A DNA stretch of 64,000 bases. It comes from an uncultured Verrucomicrobiae bacterium. GTDB taxonomy: Bacteria > Verrucomicrobiota > Verrucomicrobiia > Limisphaerales > JAFGQR01. Positions 54,201 to 63,200 of the stretch are shown here, piece after piece. Location of the stretch: positions 160,001-224,000 of the forward strand of contig CAWBHS010000088.1 in assembly GCA_963788655.1 (NCBI GenBank), in the 5' to 3' direction. The translations under genes and the position numbers were made by a program. The notes beneath the pieces were generated by a model, which made no database searches, was not told the origin of the DNA, and saw nothing but the letters and a program-made list of their open reading frames with translations. The stretch's first letter is position 1. Every line of letters begins with the position of its first letter.

Positions 54201-56033
54201 CGTTACCCGAAAATGCACCCGTGCGGCCTGGTGCTTTCGCGCCAACCCATGCACGAGTTGACGCCGACGTTTGTATCGAGCAAAGGCTATTCCACCACGC
54301 ACTTCGATATGGATGCTGTGGAAGCCATTGGCTTGGTGAAGATGGACATCCTGGCGCAAGGCGGCTTGTCCGCGATGCGCGATGTAAAGGAAATGCTGGC
54401 TGCGCGCGGCGTCAAGGTGGATGTAACGCGCTGCCGGGTTGAAACTCAATTGCCTCGTAGCAGCCGACGTGAGGAGGCTCAAATTTCTTCGAAGGGCCGC
54501 GTCGCTCACGATAAAAATGAGCCTCCTCACGTCGGCGGCTACGGTTTATTTTCCCTTCAGCCCGCCGCGTTGCCGCTGGAAGATCCCGCCGTCTGGGAAA
54601 TGATCGCCGGCGGCAATGCGCGGGCCGTGCATCATATCGAGTCACCGGCCATGATCAGCCTGTGTCGCATGTGCCAGGTGCATGACATCGACACGCTCAT
54701 TGCCATCGTGAGCGTCATCCGCCCCGGCGCGGCGAATGAAGACCGCAAGCGCGAGTTCACCCGACGGTATCAAGGATTGTCGCCCATCACCTATCCGCAT
54801 CCCTCGCTGGAGGCCTGTTTGCGGGACAGTTACGGGTTGCTGATTTACGAGGAACAATTGCTGCAAATCTGCGAAGCGTTTGCCGGGTTGCCCGCCGGCC
54901 GCGCGGACGTGTTGCGCCGCGCGTTGGGCAAGGAAAAACTCGACGTGGTGGCGGAAGTGGCCCGGGATTTTGTGGCGTGCGCGCGGGCGCGGCATCGAAC
55001 CGACGCGGAAATCCAGCGCGTCTGGGAACTGGTTTCGGGATTCCTGGGCTACACTTTTTGCAAAGCCCACAGCACGGCCTACGGCGTGGAAGCGTATCAA
55101 TCGGCGTGGCTCAAACGGTATTTTCCCGCGGAATTCATGGCGGCGGTGCTGACCAACGGCAAAGGATTTTATCGTCCGTTGGTCTATGTGCTGGAATGCC
55201 ACCGGCTGGGCATGGGCCTGCTGCCGCCGTGGGTCAACGAACCAGGACCCGGCTTCAAACCGGAATTAGCGTCCGGTCCAGGTGCGACGGGCATGGCGAA
55301 CAGTGAGGCATCACCGCCGGTCAAAATTCGCGTGCCGGTCAGTTATGTGAAAGGACTGACCGAAGCGACGAAGGAGCGAATTCTGGCCGAGCGGCAACGG
55401 AGTGCGTATGCGTCGCTCGCCGATTTTTACCGACGGGTAACTCCATTGCCGGAAGAAATGGAAGGGTTGATTCGCGTGGGCGCGTTGGACGGGTTTGGTC
55501 AGAGCCGCACGCGACAGTATTGGGACTTCCGTTTTTTGCTCCATTCCTTTGGCGAAAGCCGCGAGCCGGGACAAGGCTGGCTGTTGCCGCCGGTGGGGGT
55601 GGAACGGTTGCCCGAAGTGCCGTTGAATGAACCCACGCGCCGCCAGCGATTGGAATGGGAAGACGAACTGTTGGGGTTCCCGGCGAGCGGACATCCCCTC
55701 GAACTCTACGAGCACATTGCTTGGGAAACGTATTGTCCGGTCAACTGCCTGCGGGAATTTGTGGGCGAGGAAGTAGTAACGTGCGGGTTGGTGATTGAGG
55801 ACCGTGTACACCACCAGGTGACCGGCGAACCGATGAAATTTCTCACCCTGGCGGACTGGACCGGGATGATTGAGACGGAACTCTTCGCGCAGACCTATAA
55901 GAGCTACGGCCTGGCGACGGTTCGCTATCCAGTGCTGGAAGTGACGGCGCGGGTGGAGCCGTTTGAAAACGGCCGCGGCTTCACCCTGCGCGTCCTGCGT
56001 GCCGGAAAACCTCGCGAGCGCAAACATGGGTAG
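51237..56033 (+). CDS. Fused DNA polymerase IV (DinB, Y-family) and DNA polymerase III alpha (DnaE2-like, C-family)
   Basis: N-terminal HLDADAFFASVE, ASYEAR, SIDEGY, LPGVG; then PHP, RGSAA, PDIDVDF, HPCG, KMDIL, IRPG, FCKAH, OB-fold tail; one 1598-aa ORF. Confidence 0.9.
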   Translation: MLRSIVHLDADAFFASVEQAADPRLRGKPVAVGGEKRGIIAAASYEARRFGIYTPMPTVRARKLCPQLILLPGDFEKYERFSRWMFSYAYDFTPDVEIGSIDEGYFDLSGTRKSPVTIAQTIRHAIRQALKITVSEGIGSNKLVSQIASKLNKPAAFFYVPTGREVTFLHPLPNVWLPGVGPQTAARLNTAGLAYVRQIAATPTDLLSLLVGNTAPQLKNFANAIDERPVVPVSEPAKSYGQQETFAQDQTNEEFIEATLRRMADHLMAKVRADGKAIRTLTVKVRYNDMDEHQASESLREPTDLETDIYSRLQALLRRAWERRVSLRMVSLKLANVYTGFFRTELPLEAEARQHEARRRLAATIDELRHTHGQKVILRGHDLMLAANETRRSPAKPKAVQRYQVTVVYKPRNSGRESALVLREESRSRLTPPPVQGNALDVPAVAGPGRSSSSKTSAVAFVPLAVRSYYSFLNSTLSPKAIVELAKRHELPAIALCDQGNLHGAVEFVQEARRAGIKPILGTEILWAGRPLRLYVQNARGYTNLCRLLSQIGVKATAPQNRLGKSSQGGRGKLGVPPSGGLGTVPPEGGTPNGNVQTGAHDFNRLLANAGTEGLLAVSADPRVAEFFPGRCYRDVGSPAELRGLAADPRLPAVACLPVHYATPADRWKYDVMQSIRTLTLLRQEHPGKDFTSDLRFHSPAELRELFREHPELLAPSQELVERCTFELPFGLPQFPPFAPPDGFTSAAFLRKLVMEGLARRYPAAQVSRLQPQVEQELAIIADVGYEEYFLMVWDILQTCREHGIEWITRGSAADSLVCYCLGISDVCPIRFGLYFRRFLNKERMALNKLPDIDVDFPHDRKDDVVDLVFAKHGPDYCAVVGGFSTFKARSAFAEVAKVLGVAEREVRRFTDRFPWSFPKPEGTGQNAEPKLERTAPADSTSAFSLQPSALNCLAATLRASPDCRDLPVDEEPYRSALLMAEFLDGFPRYPKMHPCGLVLSRQPMHELTPTFVSSKGYSTTHFDMDAVEAIGLVKMDILAQGGLSAMRDVKEMLAARGVKVDVTRCRVETQLPRSSRREEAQISSKGRVAHDKNEPPHVGGYGLFSLQPAALPLEDPAVWEMIAGGNARAVHHIESPAMISLCRMCQVHDIDTLIAIVSVIRPGAANEDRKREFTRRYQGLSPITYPHPSLEACLRDSYGLLIYEEQLLQICEAFAGLPAGRADVLRRALGKEKLDVVAEVARDFVACARARHRTDAEIQRVWELVSGFLGYTFCKAHSTAYGVEAYQSAWLKRYFPAEFMAAVLTNGKGFYRPLVYVLECHRLGMGLLPPWVNEPGPGFKPELASGPGATGMANSEASPPVKIRVPVSYVKGLTEATKERILAERQRSAYASLADFYRRVTPLPEEMEGLIRVGALDGFGQSRTRQYWDFRFLLHSFGESREPGQGWLLPPVGVERLPEVPLNEPTRRQRLEWEDELLGFPASGHPLELYEHIAWETYCPVNCLREFVGEEVVTCGLVIEDRVHHQVTGEPMKFLTLADWTGMIETELFAQTYKSYGLATVRYPVLEVTARVEPFENGRGFTLRVLRAGKPRERKHG
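52959..53011. repeat. Perfect 20-bp inverted repeat inside the polymerase ORF
   Basis: GGAGTCCCGCCTTCAGGCGG ... CCGCCTGAAGGCGGGACTCC. Confidence 0.85.
54058..54088. repeat. Heptamer tandem repeat (CTTCAGC)x4 inside the polymerase ORF
   Basis: Directly visible; encodes SAFSLQPSAL. Confidence 0.85.
54457..54542. repeat. GTAG-type REP doublet, family B, inside the polymerase ORF
   Basis: GTAGCAGCCGACGTGAGGAGGCTCA ... TGAGCCTCCTCACGTCGGCGGCTAC; related intergenic copy at 58006. Confidence 0.85.
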
Positions 56034-56358
56034 GACCGTGCGTCCCGAATGTCCCGAATGTCCCAGGCACGCTGATTCCCCCAGTGAACCTGCAATTTCC
56101 GATGAGCGGTCTTTGAAGCTTCGGGAGATCCAGAATGGCTGTCCTACATTGGGAACACCTTGATTCCGCGGGGATGATTTTCACAAAGTTGGTTTCTCCT
56201 TCTTCGGCCATTCAGCCGTGTTCCTCAAGTGCGACGCTGTAACATTCCGATCATCGCTCCGGCCAAAATCATCCTTTCCAAATCGAACAAAATCATTACT
56301 GTTGCGGCTTTCCGGCATTTGAATCCGAGCCGGAACAGTTATCGCATTCGCACGAAAC

Positions 56359-57573
56359 ATGGCTTTAATCGTTCAGAAATTTGGCGGCACTTCGGTGGGC
56401 ACGACCGACCGCATCAAAAACGTCGCCGCCCGCATTGCCAAATACCGGGCCAAAGAGCATCAGGTGGTGGTCGTCGTCTCCGCGATGAGCGGGGTGACGG
56501 ATAATTTGATCCGCCTGGCCAAAGAGATCATGCCGCTGCCCACCGAACGCGAAATGGACATGCTCCTGGCCACCGGGGAGCAGACCACGATCGCCCTGAC
56601 CGCCATGGCCCTGCACACGCTCGACGTCCCGGCCGTTTCGTTGACGGGCGCGCAAGCGGGGATCGTCACCGACGGGGTACACACCAAAGCGAAGATTCAA
56701 AACATCAGCCCCAAACAGGCGCATCAGTTCCTCGATGATGGCAACGTCGTCATCGTGGCCGGGTTCCAGGGGCAGACTCCCGAAGGCCAGATTACTACCC
56801 TGGGTCGGGGCGGCTCGGACCTTTCGGCGATTGCCATGGCAGCGGCACTCAAGGCCGATCTGTGCCAGATCTATACCGACGTGGACGGCGTCTATACCGC
56901 CGATCCGCGGGTGGTGCCCGACGCGCGCAAACTGGGCGAGATTTCCTACGACGAAATGCTCGAGTTGGCCGGCGCCGGGGCCAAGGTGATGCAATTGCGC
57001 TCCGTCGAATTCGCCAAGAAGTTCAAGGTGGTCTTTGAAGTGCGCTCCAGTTTAAATGACAACCCAGGTACGATTGTGAAAGAAGAAACTCAAAGCATGG
57101 AAAGCGTCGTCATTCGCGGCGTGTCGCTCGACAAGAACCAGGCCAAGATCACCCTGGCGCACGTGCCGGATAAGCCCGGCGCGGCGGCGCGGATTTTTAA
57201 AGCGGTCGCCGACGGTAACATCAACGTGGATATGATCGTGCAAACGGCCAGTCACGGTGCCAGCGGCGCGACGGATATTTCTTTCACCATTGACAAGCCC
57301 GACTTGCTCAAGGCCCAAAACGTGCTGGCCAGTATCAAGGCGGATATTGGTTATCAGCAAGTGATCGCGAATGAGGAGATTTGCAAAGTGTCCATCGTCG
57401 GCGTTGGCATGCGCAGCCATTCCGGCGTGGCGGCCAAGATGTTCGAATCGCTCGCCACTGCCGGGGTGAACATTGAAATGATTTCGACCAGCGAGATCAA
57501 GATCTCGGTGGTGGTGAAAGCCGAAAAGGGCGAGGAAGCCACGCGGCTTTTGCACGCGGCGTTTTTGGGATAA
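56359..57573 (+). CDS. lysC: Aspartate kinase
   Basis: VQKFGGTSV, VVVSAM, LGRGGSD, TDVDGVYTADP, two ACT domains, ISTSEIKIS. Confidence 0.95.
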   Translation: MALIVQKFGGTSVGTTDRIKNVAARIAKYRAKEHQVVVVVSAMSGVTDNLIRLAKEIMPLPTEREMDMLLATGEQTTIALTAMALHTLDVPAVSLTGAQAGIVTDGVHTKAKIQNISPKQAHQFLDDGNVVIVAGFQGQTPEGQITTLGRGGSDLSAIAMAAALKADLCQIYTDVDGVYTADPRVVPDARKLGEISYDEMLELAGAGAKVMQLRSVEFAKKFKVVFEVRSSLNDNPGTIVKEETQSMESVVIRGVSLDKNQAKITLAHVPDKPGAAARIFKAVADGNINVDMIVQTASHGASGATDISFTIDKPDLLKAQNVLASIKADIGYQQVIANEEICKVSIVGVGMRSHSGVAAKMFESLATAGVNIEMISTSEIKISVVVKAEKGEEATRLLHAAFLG

Positions 57574-57578
57574 CTGCG

Positions 57579-57758
57579 TCAGGCGTTCTGGGCCATGACG
57601 TAACAGAAGTAGGCCACGGCCCAGTTCATCAGACCAAAAAACGGATAAACAAAATAGCGGCCGCTGGCCAGGCCGCCCACGATCCAAACGAGCCCCGCGA
57701 AAGCAAATACGGCCGCGAGGATTTTGTACATGCGTGGTTTGTTGGCGGGTTCGCTCAT
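57579..57758 (-). CDS. Small two-TM membrane protein (59 aa, not in the ORF track)
   Basis: Hand translation MSEPANKPRMYKILAAVFAFAGLVWIVGGLASGRYFVYPFFGLMNWAVAYFCYVMAQNA; converges on lysC. Confidence 0.55.
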   Translation of the reverse strand: MSEPANKPRMYKILAAVFAFAGLVWIVGGLASGRYFVYPFFGLMNWAVAYFCYVMAQNA

Positions 57759-58005
57759 GTGCAGTTCATGGTCGGGGCTTGTCCTTCATGCCAATCGTCG
57801 AATTTCGCAGGCCGCACGGTCATTAGGAGTAAGGTTATAGTCGGACCGCTTGTTTGTCCAGCAGACTTGAACACAGTGGAACGAATGCGCACCGCAGCCA
57901 AAGATGTTTAAGGATGGAACCGTTGAAGGGGCTGGTAAGTTGTGCGGCGGGGGGGCGTGTTCGGCCGGCGATCGTTGCTCCAACTGCCGCGACAATTCAT
58001 GCATC

Positions 58006-58078
58006 GTAGCAGCGGACGTGAGTCCGCTCACTCTTTCCTTCTCCAAGAAAGTCAGAGCAGACTTACGTCTGTTGCTAC
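58006..58078. repeat. GTAG-type REP doublet, family B
   Basis: GTAGCAGCGGACGTGAGTCCGCTC ... GAGCAGACTTACGTCTGTTGCTAC. Confidence 0.75.
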
Positions 58079-58234
58079 GCGCGCTCGCCCCCTCGGTAAC
58101 CTGCTCCTTGAAGCGCGAAATCCCCAGCCTGCCTTTGCATTTCATCGCCTTTCTGCCATTGTCCTTTCGTGATTTGCCCCTTGTTGAACCGGACGCTTTG
58201 CCGCTGTCTCGGCCGCGCTCCAAGTTGTGCCGAC

Positions 58235-59965
58235 ATGGCTGTTCTGCTGGCCATGATCGTGTTCTTCGTGCCGGCCTCAACCCGTGGGGCCGTGCTGTTG
58301 GAGGACTCGTTTGCCTACCCGGATGGTCCAATACTTGATGTCAGCAACGGTCGATGGATTCACCACAGTGGCACGACACCCGGACAAGTGGAAGTTTCCC
58401 ATGGCCGGCTTGTCTTGAGTGGCACAGAAACGGAGGACATCCATGCGCTGTTGGCGGGCGAACCGTTTATGTCGGACAATTCGACGAACGTCTTCTATGT
58501 CAGCTTTTCGTTTCGCTTTCGCGCGCTCCCGAGTAATGGCGGTGCTTACTTCGCCCACTTCAAAGACGCGGGCACTTCGAACTTTCGCGCCCGGATTTGG
58601 GCCTTTACCAGCGGGGCGTCGGCAGGTGGTTATCGGCTCGGGATTTCCTTCGGGAGTTCCTCTGTCTCCGCGTCCCTGGCGACCGACTTGAGTTTGAATC
58701 TTGATTACCGATTGGTTTGCCGCCTGGACAATCAGCACGCCACCGCCCGCTTGTGGTTGAATCCGGCAACCGAATCCGATCCACACGTCACCAGCACCGA
58801 TGCGGGAGATCCTATCACCCTGGTCGCCTGGGCTTTTCGCCAGGCCAGCGGGGCAGGGGAAGTGTCTATTGATGACTTGCGCGTTGGCACCACGTTTGCG
58901 GATGTCTTAACCGACGTACCTCCCGCACCCGAGCCGGCTCCCGCCGTATCCGTGGTGACGTATAATGTTGCGGGCAACGGCACCAGCGATTGGAGCACGA
59001 ACAGCGCACAGGTCCAGGCGATTGGCCGGCAGTTGCACTACCTCGGTCCGGATGTGATTACCTTCAACGAGATTCCGTACCCCAACACCTGGCAAATGGC
59101 GAATTTCGTGACGGCCTATTTGCCGGGATATTATCTGGCCACCAACTCGGGCACGGACGGCTACATCCGCAGCGCCATCGCGAGCCGATTCCCCATCGTG
59201 CGTTCGCAAAAATGGCTGGACGGTGCGAGCCTGGTGCCCTTCGGATACACCAACGAGCCGGCGAGATTCACGCGCGACTTGTTTGAAGCCACGGTTAGTG
59301 TGCCGGGATTCGACCAACTGTTGCACGTGTTCACCACCCATCTGAAAGCCGGGCAAGATGAGACGGATTTCGCCCGGCGCGCCGCAGAGGCCAGTGCAAT
59401 TTCCAATTTCCTGGTTACGACGTTCCTACCGGGAAACGCGGCGGATCCGTATGTGTTGACCGGGGATCTGAATGAAGACGTGCTCCGTCCTCCCACGGGA
59501 AGTCTCGCCCCGCTCGCCCGCTTGGCCAACGCCGCCACCGGCCTGGAGTTGACGACGCCACGCAGCCCATTCAACAACGATGATCGCACGATTTCCAGCC
59601 GCAGTCTGTTTGCGCGATATGATTACATTCTTCCCGGGGGGATGTTGGTATCGAACCTACTCAGCAGTCAGGTCTTCCGCACCGACTTGCTAAATCCGTT
59701 GCCGGATGGGTTGCAAATTGATGACAGCCAAACGGCTTCCGATCATTTGCCGGTGTTGATGAAGTTCCGCAATCCATTCGACAATCCCTACGAATTGACC
59801 GTCATCACCGTAAGCAATCAATGGATAACCTTAACTTGGGATACCGTCCCCGGCCGGCATTATCGCCTGGAGAGCTCGACCAACCTGGGTGATTGGGTGC
59901 CGTGCAGCACTAACTTGACGGCTGCAGGGTCGGGTCTGAGTTGGGGAACCAATGCTAAGCAATAG
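58235..59965 (+). CDS. Secreted endonuclease/exonuclease/phosphatase-family protein with N-terminal beta-sandwich; C-terminus probably truncated
   Basis: VTYNV, DVITFNE, THLKA, TGDLNE, RYDYIL, SDHLPV; ends inside an ESSTNL.DW domain. Confidence 0.82.
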   Translation: MAVLLAMIVFFVPASTRGAVLLEDSFAYPDGPILDVSNGRWIHHSGTTPGQVEVSHGRLVLSGTETEDIHALLAGEPFMSDNSTNVFYVSFSFRFRALPSNGGAYFAHFKDAGTSNFRARIWAFTSGASAGGYRLGISFGSSSVSASLATDLSLNLDYRLVCRLDNQHATARLWLNPATESDPHVTSTDAGDPITLVAWAFRQASGAGEVSIDDLRVGTTFADVLTDVPPAPEPAPAVSVVTYNVAGNGTSDWSTNSAQVQAIGRQLHYLGPDVITFNEIPYPNTWQMANFVTAYLPGYYLATNSGTDGYIRSAIASRFPIVRSQKWLDGASLVPFGYTNEPARFTRDLFEATVSVPGFDQLLHVFTTHLKAGQDETDFARRAAEASAISNFLVTTFLPGNAADPYVLTGDLNEDVLRPPTGSLAPLARLANAATGLELTTPRSPFNNDDRTISSRSLFARYDYILPGGMLVSNLLSSQVFRTDLLNPLPDGLQIDDSQTASDHLPVLMKFRNPFDNPYELTVITVSNQWITLTWDTVPGRHYRLESSTNLGDWVPCSTNLTAAGSGLSWGTNAKQ

Positions 59966-59990
59966 ATTCCTTCCACCTTTGCTCAACTAG

Positions 59991-60533
59991 TCAGGTATTC
60001 TTCAAGCCCTCAAGACATGCGGGGAGTTCGTCGAGGTAGTAGTCCGCTTCCGCTTCCTTCTGCTCGGGCGTCAGCGGGGCGAAATAGATCGCATCAAGCG
60101 GGTATTGCGCCGTACACACGTACATCGCCAACTGCTCTTGCTTCCGCCACAAGTCCGAGGGGCTGTCGGAACCCGTACCCGCGTCGACCATGACAGCCCC
60201 AATATGCGCCGATGCGTTGTAGCCCGCCTGCTTCATGCAGTCCACCAAGGCCTGAACCTGATCGAATGGAGACGTCTCCCGGACCACCGCCACCTCGGGA
60301 GGGTCGGTGATACCGAAGGCCGCAGCTGCGTCACTCAACGCCTTGGCGCGGAGTTCCGCGGCAGTCGACGCATCGATCGTCGGCGCCGCTGGCACCTTGG
60401 TTCCGCCACCCGAACACGCCGACAGGACCGCGACGGCGCTGAGGGCCACGAGCAACCGGGCCGCGTTCCTTCTCGCCCATGACAAGTTGACGAGCGGCAC
60501 AGTCCAGCCGTTCGGGGTTGGTGACGAGTCCAC
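59991..60533 (-). CDS. Actinobacterial-type lipoprotein, probably 3' truncated
   Basis: LSAC lipobox, VDCMKQAGY, YVCTAQYP, LPACLE; AAGGAG RBS before GTG. Confidence 0.65.
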   Translation of the reverse strand: MDSSPTPNGWTVPLVNLSWARRNAARLLVALSAVAVLSACSGGGTKVPAAPTIDASTAAELRAKALSDAAAAFGITDPPEVAVVRETSPFDQVQALVDCMKQAGYNASAHIGAVMVDAGTGSDSPSDLWRKQEQLAMYVCTAQYPLDAIYFAPLTPEQKEAEADYYLDELPACLEGLKNT

Positions 60534-60629
60534 ATCTACTCCTTGATCTGGCGATACTGGTCGGCCCGTCCTACGCCATGGGCTGGGACGGCTCGGAATT
60601 CTATCCGCGCCGCCCCAGCAGCAAGAGAG

Positions 60630-60938
60630 CTAGTCGCAGGTGGCGTAGGCGTAATAGATAGTCGAGGCGGAAACGCCCCAATAGGCCGACGTTTCACCGG
60701 AATGGGCGTAGAAAATGGTGTAGGCGCCGCCAGGGTAGACAGGGACGTAACTCGATATATGGCCGATGTAGTATGACGCGGGCAGTGAAGCTTTCCCATA
60801 CAGCGACGCTGCGTACACGTATCCGCACGTGACATGGCCTGACTTCGTGGCGGCGGATGCTGGTGCGCTGACGGCCACCACGAGGCCTAGACTCATGGCG
60901 ATTGCGGCGAGTCGAACGCGGAACTTCTTCGTTGACAT
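60630..60938 (-). CDS. Small secreted Tyr-rich protein with two Cys
   Basis: AAGGAGGAGG RBS; signal peptide ending APASA; mature part TCG...ATCD. Confidence 0.7.
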   Translation of the reverse strand: MSTKKFRVRLAAIAMSLGLVVAVSAPASAATKSGHVTCGYVYAASLYGKASLPASYYIGHISSYVPVYPGGAYTIFYAHSGETSAYWGVSASTIYYAYATCD

Positions 60939-61269
60939 GATCTGAACCTCCTCCTTATTGTTGGCCAGGCGGCAGTGAGCCGTCTTCCGCCGAAGAACTT
61001 CGGCACTCGGTCGGGAACCCGATGCCAAGCGGGCCGTCATCGTCGCGAACGCCCCTGAATGATCGCGACAATCCGGCAACAACTCTGCATTTCGAGATGT
61101 GCGAGAAGGTCCACGACGTCCGCGATCGCGAACCGGGCCGTGTACGTTCGATCGCCGCAATTCCCGAGAACCCCCTATTTGGGAAAAGTACGCCCATTCG
61201 CGTATCGGTGCAAGTTGAGCGGTCCTCGGTCTTCCGGGCAGTTTTCGTGTGGTCGTCGGGGCGTCCGAG

Positions 61270-61390
61270 GGGCTGGATCGGGGGGGGGGGTCTCGTTGCT
61301 TGTTCACCTCCGAACAGCGCCTGGCGTTCGTGGGACGCGACGGCCGATGCGCCTGGTGCAACGTCCCGCCCGCCTGGTGTGAGGTCACCC
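61270..61390 (+). pseudogene. Remnant of DUF222/HNH endonuclease
   Basis: LFTSEQRLAFVGRDGRCAWCNVPPAWCE matches the pre-HNH segment; HNH residues absent. Confidence 0.65.
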
Positions 61391-61455
61391 CACCGCAGAC
61401 GAAGCGAAGGACGGGGGAGAGGGTTCGCCCGAAGCGACGCTCGGACGAGCACTGG

Positions 61456-61618
61456 CGCCGGAGAACCGCTTCTGGACATTCGCCCAGTCAACGATGTTGC
61501 ACCACGCCTTGACGTAGTCGCCCGCGACGTTCTCGTACTGCAGGTAGAACGAGTGCTCCCATAGGTCGAGCATCTGCAGCGGGATGAAGTTGAGCGGGAC
61601 GTTGCCCTAATGTTCGCA
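61456..61618 (-). pseudogene. C-terminal fragment of Fe/Mn superoxide dismutase
   Basis: [35 protein letters not shown].NIVDW (DxWEH motif); in-frame stop, no N-terminal domain. Confidence 0.8.
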
Positions 61619-61790
61619 GGGCTGGGCGATCGCGAGGCGCGAGGATCGTCCGCCCCGAGCCCTGGATTGGAGGCGGACGCTCGACGCTCCTGGGAAGCGA
61701 GACAGGTCGGCAACCCCACCTGAGTCGCGCCCCTATCGCGTCCAGGCGTCCTTCCGGTGGTGAGAGGCGTCGTCCGCGTAGGCTCGTGCG

Positions 61791-62398
61791 ATGAGCCGCC
61801 GCGTCCTCGCCCTGGCCGTCACGCTGCCGCTGGTTCTCGCGGTATGCTCAACCGCCCCACCCGGAACCGATGAGCTGGGCACCGCCGAGGTCGCCATCAT
61901 CCAGAGGCTCGACTTGATCGAGCACGCCGTTGCCGAGTGGTACGACGCCGAGACCCTGCCCGAGGCCAAGGCGGCGGCGGAGCTGGCGCTCAACCTCGTC
62001 GTCGGGCCGGACAATCCGCTCTTCGGGAACGCGGACGGCGACGGCACCGCGCGAGGTCAACGGCAGGACATCGGCTTGCTTCCGGGGCTGGTCTATAACG
62101 GCATCGCGCAGGACGCGGCGGGGAACCCGTGCGTCGAGGCCGACGTGCTCGGCGGTTCGTGGGCCGATCCCGACGCGCGGTGGGCCACGGCGCAGGCCGC
62201 CTACGACGCGTGGACGCCCACCAACAACACGATGCCGACGCTGGCGAGCCACCCGCAGCGCATCGTCGGCTGGGCGACGCTCACGCTCGCCTTGGACGAC
62301 GTTGGCCCGGCTCGCTCGACGCCGCCCACGAGTACGCGGGGCACGCCCAGCTCCACGTGGACGTGAGCCGAGCCGCGGTCGAAGACTGCGGGCGGTAG
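61791..62398 (+). CDS. Hypothetical exported protein, frameshift near 62310
   Basis: Signal-like N-terminus; strong GC3 bias continues as HEYAGHAQLHVDV in the second frame. Confidence 0.55.
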
Positions 62399-62442
62399 CG
62401 AAGTCCCACCACCGCGGCGCCGCGCGGCACTAGCGTGGTGCC

Positions 62443-63183
62443 ATGAACCAACGCGACAAGGCGCTCGCCCTACGCGCCCTGCACGAGGCGCCCGAGATCC
62501 TCGTGCTCGTCAACGCGTGGGACGTCGCGTCCGCCCGAGTCGTCGCCGCGCTGCCCGGGTGCCGCGCCGTCGGCACCACGAGTGCCGCCGTGTCCGACGC
62601 CGCGGGCTTCCCCGACGGGGAGGAGATGCCGCTTGACCTGGTGCTCGCGAACCTCGCGCGCATCTGCGAAGCCGTCGAGCTGCCCGTCACCGCCGACCTC
62701 GTGACCGGCTACGGGGACGTCGCCGCGACCGTGACGGAGGCGATCCGCGTCGGCGTCGTGGGCGCGAATATAGAAGACGCCATGCGCCCGCTCGACGCGT
62801 CGGTCGAGGCCATCGCGGCGGCCGTCGAGGCGGGAGCAGCCGCCGGGGTGCCGTTCGTCGTCAACGCCCGCACCGACGCCTACCTCCTCGACACGGGGCT
62901 AAGCGAGGACGAGAAATTCGACCAGGCCGTCGTCCGCTCGCGCGCGTACCTCGACGCGGGCGCGACGTGCGCGTTCGTCCTCGGGGTGTACGACGCCCCG
63001 ACCATCCGCCGGCTCGTGGAGGCGATCGGGGTGGGCAAGGTCAACATCTTCGGGGCGAGGGGCGCGCCCCCGCCCTCCGAACTGGAGCGCATGGGCGTGA
63101 CGCGCGTGTCGTACGGGCCGTACGGGTACCGCGCCGCGATGGCGGAGTTCGGGCGCTACGCCGAGGAGCTACTGGCGACCTAG
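62443..63183 (+). CDS. Isocitrate lyase/PEP mutase family protein
   Basis: NAWDVASAR, TTSAAV, PDGE, PVTAD, NIED, NARTD, RVSYG. Confidence 0.9.
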   Translation: MNQRDKALALRALHEAPEILVLVNAWDVASARVVAALPGCRAVGTTSAAVSDAAGFPDGEEMPLDLVLANLARICEAVELPVTADLVTGYGDVAATVTEAIRVGVVGANIEDAMRPLDASVEAIAAAVEAGAAAGVPFVVNARTDAYLLDTGLSEDEKFDQAVVRSRAYLDAGATCAFVLGVYDAPTIRRLVEAIGVGKVNIFGARGAPPPSELERMGVTRVSYGPYGYRAAMAEFGRYAEELLAT

Positions 63184-63200
63184 GCGTGCGGAGGCTAGGG

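Noticed and set aside
52900..54560. Inteins in the DnaE part
   Set aside because: The insertions are only tens of residues long and lack intein terminal motifs; DNA repeats explain them.
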